Of a stretch of DNA of 32,000 nucleotides, positions 1 through 7,013 are shown in pieces; the first letter of the stretch is position 1; each line of letters opens with the position of its first letter. Source of the DNA: an archaeon (lineage in GTDB: Archaea; Asgardarchaeota; Thorarchaeia; Thorarchaeales; Thorarchaeaceae); assembly GCA_024275415.1 (NCBI GenBank), contig JAJRZD010000019.1, positions 1 through 32,000 on the forward strand. The letters run 5' to 3'. A program made the position numbers and the translations under genes. The notes beneath the pieces are model-generated. The model ran no database searches. It saw nothing but the letters and a program-made list of their open reading frames with translations, and had not been told where the DNA came from.

Positions 1-99
1 CCCTAACAAGATGCCTGCTTTTTGAGATCGGTGTGCATCTTTCGTAGGGGTTTCATTCACCTCATCAGGTCGGGGATTGCTTCCTACCCTTATCGACAT
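1..99 (-). CDS. Possible N-terminus of a CDS running off the left edge (MSIRVGSNPRPDEVNETPTKDAHRSQKAGILLG...)
   Basis: Manual translation: ATG at 99, open to the window edge; TTTATTTT about 22 nt upstream on the minus strand is consistent with a leaderless promoter. Confidence 0.3.
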   Translation of the reverse strand, partial: MSIRVGSNPRPDEVNETPTKDAHRSQKAGILLG

Positions 100-107
100 T
101 ACTCTTA

Positions 108-220
108 ATGAACAGCTCTGTAAAATAAATCACATTTTTTTACAATGGGTATGGATTAAGCCTTCATCTTTATGAGCAAATCTACCAATCGTTAGTATTA
201 CTTCCATTATTTCACAGAGC
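108..220. repeat. AT-rich dispersed repeat, copy 1 (copy 2 at 23653-23776)
   Basis: Shared blocks gctctg-aaaa-aaatcacatttttt, aagc-ttcatcttt, aatcgtt--tattacttc and ttatttcac-gagc; the differences are mostly transitions. Confidence 0.75.
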
Positions 221-240
221 CAATCGACAACGTGATTGAA

Positions 241-395
241 CGATTGTGAGTACATCCGTCCTCATGCTTGCGCGTCATCCGCTTGTCCTGTCTTAGGACA
301 GGGGGTGCAGGTTTTGACGGGGTTGTGCAATCGTACTGGTTGCCTAAGAGGGACTTGCCCTTCTCATGCTGTTGAGCACCCCTTCATTTCCACAA
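241..395 (-). repeat. ~150-bp repeat, copy 1; putative structured RNA or IS200/IS605-like end remnant (copy 2 at 2395-2534)
   Basis: 299-361 versus 2439-2501 is 60/63 identical; flanks align with indels; hairpins are conserved on the minus strand. Confidence 0.8.
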
Positions 396-493
396 TGGTC
401 TTTTTTGATGAATGGAAACAAGGTTAGTACTCTTCTCGAATACTTGGTCTACTTGACGCTTTTCTCAAGGTATGAAATAGATATAAACAGATA

Positions 494-516
494 TATACTA
501 TGTATGACTTAGTATA
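494..516. promoter_or_regulatory. Inverted repeat TATACTA-N9-TAGTATA, candidate antitoxin operator
   Basis: Perfect 7-bp inverted repeat 10 nt upstream of the antitoxin ATG (527). Confidence 0.4.
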
Positions 517-526
517 CAAGATTGAG

Positions 527-832
527 ATGGGTGAAGTATTGTCAGTTCGGATGGATGAGGATTTGAAAGAACGCCTTGCATTCCTAATGAAACAAAAGAA
601 GATAGTTGACAAATCCGCTTACATTCGACAACTGATTGCCCGGTCCTTATCGGCTGACCTGCTTGATTATCTTGCCGAACAGGTTGTTGCAAAACGAATA
701 AGCATCTGGAAGGCAGCATCCATTGCCAAAATCTCTCTTCGAGCAATGATGGAAGAATTATCAAGACGCAACATCACTATGTACGATGAGCAAGCACTTA
801 GAGAAGATCTTTTTTTTGCTGAGGGCAAATAG
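527..832 (+). CDS. UPF0175-family antitoxin with an RHH-like N-terminus
   Basis: N-terminal LSVRMDEDL (RHH-like) and ISIWKAASIAKIS..MMEEL (UPF0175-like HTH); lies directly upstream of a DUF3368 gene. Confidence 0.75.
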   Translation: MGEVLSVRMDEDLKERLAFLMKQKKIVDKSAYIRQLIARSLSADLLDYLAEQVVAKRISIWKAASIAKISLRAMMEELSRRNITMYDEQALREDLFFAEGK

Positions 833-833
833 G

Positions 834-1340
834 ATGATTGCAATAGTGAACGCATCCCCTCTCATTTACCTCGGTAAAGTAGGTTCTCTCTATCTCCTTG
901 ATGCTATCTTTGATAGAGTAGTAACCGTCCCATCGGTCAAGGATGAGGTACTTGAGCAGACAGCACCAGAATTTGCAGCGCTCACAGATGCATTCTCGAA
1001 CTGGTTGAATGTGATAGATGGGCCGAGGAACTCTTTTTCCAAAGCACTAGATAAGATGGGACTTCACAAAGGAGAAGTAGATGTGCTTGATCTTGCGTAT
1101 AAGATGCATGGAAACAATCAGGATGCCATTGTTGTCGTTGATGACCTTGCTGCAAGAGACATAGCACGTGCTCTAGGACTGAGACTGACAGGAACCATCG
1201 GAATCATTCTTAGAGCAACTAGGAATGGTCTGCTCACAAATGCAGATGCAATGTTACAAATCAAATATCTAGTACACGAAACCCCTTTCAGATTGTCAAC
1301 GTCAATGTATTCTCAAATCCTTGCCGAGTTAGATGAATGA
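834..1340 (+). CDS. DUF3368-family PIN-domain toxin
   Basis: Motifs IVNASPLI, LHKGE, VVDDLAAR..A..LGL.LTGTIGIIL; ATG 834 directly follows the antitoxin stop. Confidence 0.85.
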   Translation: MIAIVNASPLIYLGKVGSLYLLDAIFDRVVTVPSVKDEVLEQTAPEFAALTDAFSNWLNVIDGPRNSFSKALDKMGLHKGEVDVLDLAYKMHGNNQDAIVVVDDLAARDIARALGLRLTGTIGIILRATRNGLLTNADAMLQIKYLVHETPFRLSTSMYSQILAELDE

Positions 1341-1360
1341 GCACAATGTCATACGCTTTA

Positions 1361-1500
1361 TCCATTGCTTTGTCTGACTGCTTTTCAATCGCAGCTGCAT
1401 GTATCGCAAAAGGGGAGGTAGTATTTGCACGAAAGGGGAGCTCGCTGATGCAATTAGTAAAAAGCGACTTGTTGATGCCATCGAGTTTCTTGAGTGCACT
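1361..1500 (+). pseudogene. C-terminal remnant of a PIN toxin paralogous to 3027-3461, frameshifted
   Basis: SIALSDCFSIAAA..KGEVVFARK then (frame change) ELADAISKKRLVDAIEFLE aligns to PISLPDCFSIAAA..NGKVIFARREKEIVDAIEMKKLEDQIEFLE. Confidence 0.8.
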
Positions 1501-1654
1501 CATGGAGATACAGATTGTTTGTATGACCAATCCAAGAGAAGTTTCCAATCGCACGTAGTATCCAATACATCCGGTAGTCAACCACTCGAAGAAGCCAGTT
1601 CATCAACGACCGAGTCATTGACCTATCAGAGTCTTGATGTACCTTTTATCTACG

Positions 1655-1668
1655 TCTACATATGTAGA
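1655..1668. promoter_or_regulatory. Perfect palindrome TCTACATATGTAGA, candidate VapB operator
   Basis: 14-bp palindrome between CTTTTATC (about 1643-1650) and ATG 1681. Confidence 0.5.
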
Positions 1669-1680
1669 TATCGACATCCA

Positions 1681-1899
1681 ATGGCATCGAAGACCATTTT
1701 CGTTACCCTGGAGGTGAATAATATTCTCAAGAAGATGCGACTCCCTGGAGAGAGTTTTGGAGATACGATTGCTCGTCTGTGTAAGGGCAAATCCTCTGAA
1801 CCACTGTACCTCTGGGCACAAACATCTGATGGTTGGACTGGCCTGACCCATGAAGATCAGCAGCTTCTTGACGAAACAACTCGAGATGTTCGGAAATAG
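1681..1899 (+). CDS. vapB: Archaeal VapB-type antitoxin (DUF217-like), possibly truncated by a premature TAG
   Basis: MASKTIFVT.EV...LKKMRLPGESFGDTIARL is typical; the frame continues FREERVDIF* to 1929, overlapping the toxin start. Confidence 0.7.
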   Translation: MASKTIFVTLEVNNILKKMRLPGESFGDTIARLCKGKSSEPLYLWAQTSDGWTGLTHEDQQLLDETTRDVRK

Positions 1900-1915
1900 T
1901 TCCGAGAAGAGCGAG

Positions 1916-2319
1916 TTGATATTTTTTGATACAACTTTCTTGGTGGATGTACTGCGGAAGGATATGGACGCTCTTTCATGACTTAAGGATACTGAAGTAG
2001 CCTTTATACCTCTGAAATCAATGCTTTTGAGCTCTACACAGGGCTATTCCGGCTGCCTACGAAATCGGGACAACCGTTGCGAAAGCGAAGGTGGGAACTT
2101 GAACGGGTTCTCTCCTGAATGGAGGTACTCCCATTTGAAAGGTCAGCTGCTCTGGAGTCTGGGAAGACTCTTGCCGACCTTCTGAAGCGTGGAACTCCCA
2201 TTGGCTCTCGGGATGTGATAATTACCGGAATCTCACTCGCAAGTGGTATCCGTAGATTTCTGACACGAAATGCCTGGCACTTTAAGACAATCCTCCGGAT
2301 CACCGCCGAGTCCCACTAA
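1916..2319 (+). pseudogene. vapC: VapC PIN toxin pseudogene
   Basis: MIFFDTTFLVDVLR, YTSEINAFELYTG, GTPIGSRDVII, FLTRN..HF; TGA at 1979 and 2116, and a 1-nt frameshift near 2001. Confidence 0.85.
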
Positions 2320-2394
2320 ATAACAGGAGTTTGAACATGATTGACCAAATCGTTTCAAAAATAGGACTTCAGACCTGAATGAAACATATGCGAC

Positions 2395-2534
2395 CGATGT
2401 GAATGTATGTATCCTCTGCTTGCCCTACCTTGAACCGGCAGGGGGTGCAGGCTTCGACGGGGTTGTGCAATCGTACTGGTTGCCTAAGAGGGACTTACCC
2501 TCTTCCACACTGTTGAACATCCTTCTTTTTACAA
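2395..2534 (-). repeat. ~140-bp repeat, copy 2 (see 241-395)
   Basis: Same orientation as copy 1, offset 2140 bp. Confidence 0.8.
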
Positions 2535-2797
2535 AGGCATCGATCCTAACGGGAGCGAGATGCTTGCTTCTTCAGCTGTCTGAGCATTTATCTCAACGAC
2601 TCAAGTAATCTGTTGTAGTCGGTGACAGTCTTCCTAGATTATGTATGCAAGCCGTCAACGTTATTGTCAAGTGAATTGACCACCATCCCTGTGACGCTTT
2701 CTTTATCAGAAGATGCCGTCTTCAAGATTCATAATCGCTGTGTCTAACACAATCGTTGTGTTTATTACATTAGAAGATAATATGACAAATGAGGAAC

Positions 2798-3040
2798 ATG
2801 ACTACTATCTCGATTAAGGAAGACACTCGAAAGAAGCTACTTCAGATTGCAGGTGATCTTCAGATACGAACTCAACGTCGAGCAGACTTCGATTCCGTGA
2901 TTAGGTTCTTGATTGAGAATTACATGAGAAGACAGCTTGATCGGGATGCATGGAATAGGTTCACAGCTCCCGTTCCTGGAATCGATTTCGAATCAGCATA
3001 CCATGACCTGATTCTGGAGCGGGGTCTTGATGAGGAGTAA
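2798..3040 (+). CDS. Putative antitoxin (VapB-like)
   Basis: MTTISIKEDTRKKL...DFDSVIRFLI (archaeal antitoxin style); overlaps the downstream PIN gene. Confidence 0.7.
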   Translation: MTTISIKEDTRKKLLQIAGDLQIRTQRRADFDSVIRFLIENYMRRQLDRDAWNRFTAPVPGIDFESAYHDLILERGLDEE

Positions 3041-3461
3041 AAGAAGTGCTATATCTGTTCTGGATGCAGAGGTGCTTATCGCTTTAGCACTTGGTGAGCC
3101 TTCTGCTGCCGAGTTATCAAAAGAGATAATCCATCAGCACGGTCATTATGCATGTACTGAGATTGCTCTTTGCGAATTGAGCTATATCCTCTGTCGCAAT
3201 TCCAGCTGGAAGCAAGCTTGGAACAAGACACAAAGTATAATCCAGTCCTCTGCAGTCATGACGCTCTCATCCCAACCTCTCTGGGTCGAAGCAGCACAGA
3301 TCAAATGTGGCGTTCCAATCTCTTTGCCTGATTGCTTTTCCATTGCGGCAGCACGAATATTCAATGGCAAAGTCATCTTCGCACGTAGAGAGAAAGAAAT
3401 AGTTGATGCGATTGAAATGAAGAAGCTTGAAGATCAAATTGAATTTCTTGAACAGTACTAG
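3027..3461 (+). CDS. vapC: PIN-domain (VapC-like) toxin
   Basis: VLDAEVLI, ALCELSY and SLPDCFSI supply the acidic PIN motifs. Confidence 0.8.
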   Translation: MMRSKRSAISVLDAEVLIALALGEPSAAELSKEIIHQHGHYACTEIALCELSYILCRNSSWKQAWNKTQSIIQSSAVMTLSSQPLWVEAAQIKCGVPISLPDCFSIAAARIFNGKVIFARREKEIVDAIEMKKLEDQIEFLEQY

Positions 3462-3536
3462 AAGAATGACTTTTTTCGATGCTTCCTTCGAAAAAGCTCT
3501 TGATGAGGTGGCTTCTGAGGATGCCGATCTTCTTGA

Positions 3537-3795
3537 ATGATTAGTTCGATAGCTGATGTTCTCAGGGTTTTCAACTTTGAGATACTGTCCTTCGATGAGA
3601 CATTATTGATCCACCGCAGGTTGATAAAGGACTTCGGTGGCGAAACTGGTGTCCTATCACAAGAGGCCATTGAGAACTGTGTAGCACTTCCTATGCTGGG
3701 ATTCTTTGGAGTCGCAGCCAGTTCGACACTGTGGACTAAGGCAGCAAAACATCTCCAGTGTATTGCTACCTGGTATCCATTCATTGATGGCAACG
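3537..3795 (+). pseudogene. doc: N-terminal remnant of a Fic/Doc (death-on-curing) toxin
   Basis: LIHRRLIKDFGGETGV..EAIENCVALP...KAA.....I...YPFIDGN; the Fic motif HPFxDGNKR is degenerate and truncated right after DGN. Confidence 0.7.
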
Positions 3796-3915
3796 AAATG
3801 TGGTATGCTATCGAAGGACGACGCAATTACCAAAATCAGTTTTCCTGTGGGTGATACATCATTCATAATATCCGCATCATTGTATTCCAAGATTCTCGGT
3901 GAATTGAATAAAGAA
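3787..3915 (+). pseudogene. C-terminal remnant of a DUF3368 toxin
   Basis: ATKCGMLSKDDAITKISFPVGDTSFIISASLYSKILGEL aligns without gaps to ATRNGLLTNADAMLQIKYLVHETPFRLSTSMYSQILAEL of 834-1340. Confidence 0.7.
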
Positions 3916-3982
3916 TGGGTGCTCTCTCGTTTTTTTACAATTTCTTTTGTATTGGTTTGAACTCAGATAATTTATCGTGCAG

Positions 3983-4399
3983 TCACAGAATACTAACAAG
4001 ACCATCAAAGTCAGAGTCAAAGGTTGCCAAATGGTCGATCTTATGCTTCTCGATGAATGAGAGGATACAGCAATCAGTAAAACTCAGAGGTCTTTGAGGC
4101 CAGATTGTCAGTTGTTGCCACTTTTTCCATGCAACATCCAAAATAGACGGAGTGACATGTTCAAACCTAATAAAATTCGGAGTGTTGCAAATCAAGTTGT
4201 ATGCATTGGTTACTATTTTCTTACGATGAGTGTGCATCCAAAGCGTTGTAACCACTTCATTCAACACATAATCAATGGTAACTCTCATGCCAATGTCTGA
4301 ATCCTTCAGTCTAGTCAACAGCTCACGGGATCTATCGTGGTTCTTGTCACGTGAGTTAAGCAATGCAATAATGACATTGCTATCAATGAACACTGTCAT
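3983..4399 (-). CDS. vapC: VapC PIN toxin
   Basis: VFIDSNVII, VLNEVVT, SFTDCCI and ATFDSDF give a full acidic tetrad. Confidence 0.9.
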   Translation of the reverse strand: MTVFIDSNVIIALLNSRDKNHDRSRELLTRLKDSDIGMRVTIDYVLNEVVTTLWMHTHRKKIVTNAYNLICNTPNFIRFEHVTPSILDVAWKKWQQLTIWPQRPLSFTDCCILSFIEKHKIDHLATFDSDFDGLVSIL

Positions 4400-4680
4400 T
4401 CTGTGGAGTCCCCATATACAATCTCATCAACTCTTGACGAGAGATCTTCACTACCTGCGCCAAAGTCCTCGGTCATGGATAAGATCTTTTTGATGGTTTT
4501 ATCATCAAGAGGACACTCTTTTGATCTGATTTCTTGGACGAGGCGGTCGTAATGGTCTCGCCCTATTCGGAAAACCAATTCCAGAATCTGCTTCTTTGTC
4601 AATTTCACCCTTGTATCAAGATACAGCCGAGCTTGTAGTTCTTCAAGATCATCTTGCAGGTCAAACTTGACAGTGGACAC
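4396..4680 (-). CDS. Putative antitoxin partner of VapC
   Basis: 94 aa, 4-nt overlap with vapC; MSTVKFDLQDDLEELQARL...KQILELVF resembles archaeal antitoxins. Confidence 0.7.
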   Translation of the reverse strand: MSTVKFDLQDDLEELQARLYLDTRVKLTKKQILELVFRIGRDHYDRLVQEIRSKECPLDDKTIKKILSMTEDFGAGSEDLSSRVDEIVYGDSTE

Positions 4681-4692
4681 TTATGACACCCA

Positions 4693-4705
4693 GTTACCTG
4701 GTAAC
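4693..4705. promoter_or_regulatory. Inverted repeat GTTACC-T-GGTAAC, candidate TA operator
   Basis: Lies between a minus-strand TTTAAA (about 4716-4721) and the GTG start at 4680. Confidence 0.45.
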
Positions 4706-4840
4706 CACTTATGGATTTAAAGTTGTGGATTCTACATATGATGCCATGATTTATCCATTGTTCAATAGAATCGTATTTAGGTTTACAATCAGACTCGAAC
4801 CAGCAGGTTTTACATGTCATCCTCTCGCCTTATACTGATT

Positions 4841-5196
4841 ACAGTTAGTTCGAATGCGCCACTGGACATATCGGAAGAACCGAGAAGAACACTCCTTAGA
4901 TGTTTTGAGCAATCAAAAGCTCATCGTCCATATACGTTCGGACATGGTTCACGATTCAAGAAATTCTGGTACAATATAGGCAGTGTTCTAAATGCAACTA
5001 GCCACTATGCAGAATTAACAAAGTATCCTTCAACGATATGCAGTCCATCGTTAGCGCAAAGGCTGATGCAAATGGGCGATTCACTCCCGAATCTGTCTAT
5101 CAGGATTTCAAGAAATGGTTCTTTGGCCAGAAAGATTACTGGTCGCCCTGGCTGACTCTCTCTATCTATCGAATCCTGAAACGAACAAGTGAATAA
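4841..5196 (+). pseudogene. C-terminal remnant of a prenyltransferase/terpene-cyclase-like alpha-barrel protein
   Basis: RPYTFGHGSRFKKFWYNIGSVL then (frameshift near 5030) FNDMQSIVSAKADANGRFTPESVYQDFKKWFFGQKDYWSPWLTLSIYRILKR; family recognised from memory. Confidence 0.5.
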
Positions 5197-6185
5197 CAAT
5201 GAAGCTGTCATATTGAGATAGTCAGCATTAGTTATCAACAGTCCACAGATTAACAAATACGGTGAGCAGCAGTTTCTCAGACACATCGATGCTACGTGGT
5301 CTGACGAAACATGCCCTCATGGACTGGGAGATAGAAGGCACTTGCCGAGTGCATGGCGCGCTACGAGCGTTAATTGGAAATTCTCCAAACTCAGACATCA
5401 CGATAACTTTTCACAGAACCGTATGTAGGACAAAAGACTTGACTATCCACAACGCACTTGATCACTAGTATCACTTCTTTCTAGGAGTGCGATTCAGACG
5501 AAATCCGATTACCTTTCGCTTTTGTTGTCCCTCTCTAACCCGCTTTATGACTGGCTGATTACCGATTCAGTTGGCTTCTTCATTTTCAGGATTGTGTGGT
5601 ATACCTTTCTCGTTTCAATTGCGTATTTTCTTTGCCCAAGAGTTGTAGAGAAAATGCGGGAACGAATGTAAGAACAGGCTCTAAGAGATGAACACTCCCG
5701 TGAATGGACAGAAAGCGACGAGTAGGTTTTAATACAATGGGTCGTTTCGCAATCGCGATGAACCTATTCCGCAGGCTGTTGGCGTGAGTCAACGCTCTAC
5801 GCAATAATCCACGTTCGAAGCGTTATATCCCACGAAAGCAGAGCTTGGCGATCCCGTCATGAGATATGTCTGGCAATGATGCCGCTACACGAGTAGACGG
5901 TCAGGTCGAACACTGTTAACGACTGAAGACAATCTTGTAATTCTTCCGACAAGTTAAATATGGCACCATTGTGATAACCGCCGCACTTGCTGGATTGGTT
6001 GGAGTGAGAACATTGAAGCACATTTCCCTTTGCAATGGCAATTCGCCTTCGCGTGAGTGAGATACGCAATCGGCTATTGATGCCTCAGTGCTACGACATA
6101 TGTGCTAAGTGTTGAACACAGATGCGCTACAGATGCCCTAATAAGTCGAAATTTCCATTTAGGACGAAGCCCGAGGTTTACACTC

Positions 6186-6539
6186 ATGAAATACCTCATC
6201 ATCCTGAACGACCCTCCCTATGGCACGGAACGATCCTACAATGGCATTCGTTTAGCCACCGCACTCAAAAAGAATGATGCAAATGCAGACATTCGAGTTT
6301 TTCTGATTGGAGATGCGGTATCATGTGCGATTGCTGGACAGAAGACGCCTGATGGTTACTACAACTTGGAACGGATGATTCGAGGACTGCTCGTCAAGAA
6401 GGCATCAATCGCGTGTTGTGGGTCGTGCATGGATGCTCGTGGGATTGAAGAACTGTCATTGATATCGGGTGTCGCTCGTGGAACAATGGGTCTTCTTGCT
6501 GAATGGACAGCTGAAGCTACAAAAGTCCTCACTTTCTAA
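6186..6539 (+). CDS. DsrE/DsrF-like (YchN-family) sulfur-relay protein
   Basis: ILNDPPYGTERSYNGIRLA, FLIGDAV, GQKTPDGYYN, CGSCMDARG. Confidence 0.9.
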   Translation: MKYLIILNDPPYGTERSYNGIRLATALKKNDANADIRVFLIGDAVSCAIAGQKTPDGYYNLERMIRGLLVKKASIACCGSCMDARGIEELSLISGVARGTMGLLAEWTAEATKVLTF

Positions 6540-6973
6540 GTATCCGCTTCCGCTCAGAAAGTGAATCTCTCCTGAAACCGTAAGTGCCTGCAAGATGGAA
6601 ACGGTGAACATCCCCTGAGATTTTTACTCCTCCTTTCGAAATAATCTCTTCATCTTGATGAATGGCAACACCATACGATGCAATCCCATCCGAATTCTAG
6701 GTGTGAGGCATCATCATCAAAAACACAAATCGAATTGGAGCAATGTGAATGTAAGGAAACAATCATCGTTTTTGGTACCGTTCACTGCAATCTGGATAAG
6801 TCTGGACACCAGAGTCTTGTCCTCCCAAGGACGGCACTGGTAACGCCCCCGTGTGGTCAGTATCGCGTGTCGTCCGACCTTGTGTCATAGTACTGTCCGG
6901 TCGTATAGAATCACCTACCACGAGATGTCCAGCTATCTCGCAGTTGTTAGCAACCCCGCCCCTCTAAAAAGTT

Positions 6974-6997
6974 AAATATACGAATTATTCGATATTT
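6974..6997. promoter_or_regulatory. Imperfect palindrome AAATAT(A)CGAAT-T-ATTCGATATTT, candidate ArsR operator
   Basis: Lies immediately upstream of the acr3 start; near-perfect inverted repeat. Confidence 0.55.
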
Positions 6998-7013
6998 CAT
7001 CTGTTTCCAGAAG

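Noticed and set aside
280-382. TPP riboswitch-like motifs on the minus strand (GGGGUGC...UGAGA...ACCCC...ACCUG)
   Set aside because: The UGAU and CGNAGGG elements after ACCUG are missing, copy 2 lacks UGAGA, and no thiamine gene follows.
236-427. Small ORFs over the repeat (GGAGFDGVVQSYWLPKRDLP on +, KSLLGNQYDCTTPSKPAPP on -) with synonymous-looking differences
   Set aside because: Only three substitutions, synonymous in both opposite frames; indels break the frame on both sides of the core; no shared start or stop.
1399-1899. 166-aa ORF as a single protein
   Set aside because: It is a chance fusion of the PIN remnant frame, a spacer and the VapB that starts at ATG 1681 behind its own promoter.
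1979-2118. In-frame TGA codons as selenocysteine
   Set aside because: They are not at Cys-like catalytic positions, and the gene also has a frameshift, so it is a pseudogene.
2441-2462. GGGGGTGCAGGCTTCGACGGGG resembles the 5' end of bacterial tmRNA
   Set aside because: No T-arm/CCA 3' end or tag ORF 300-400 nt downstream; copy 1 has TTTTGAC; G-U pairing favours the opposite strand; tmRNA is not known in archaea.
6560-6900. Short ORFs, including a GCSPFPSCR motif on the minus strand that recalls a topoisomerase zinc finger
   Set aside because: The upstream CPxCG half is absent and stops intervene; nothing else is recognisable.
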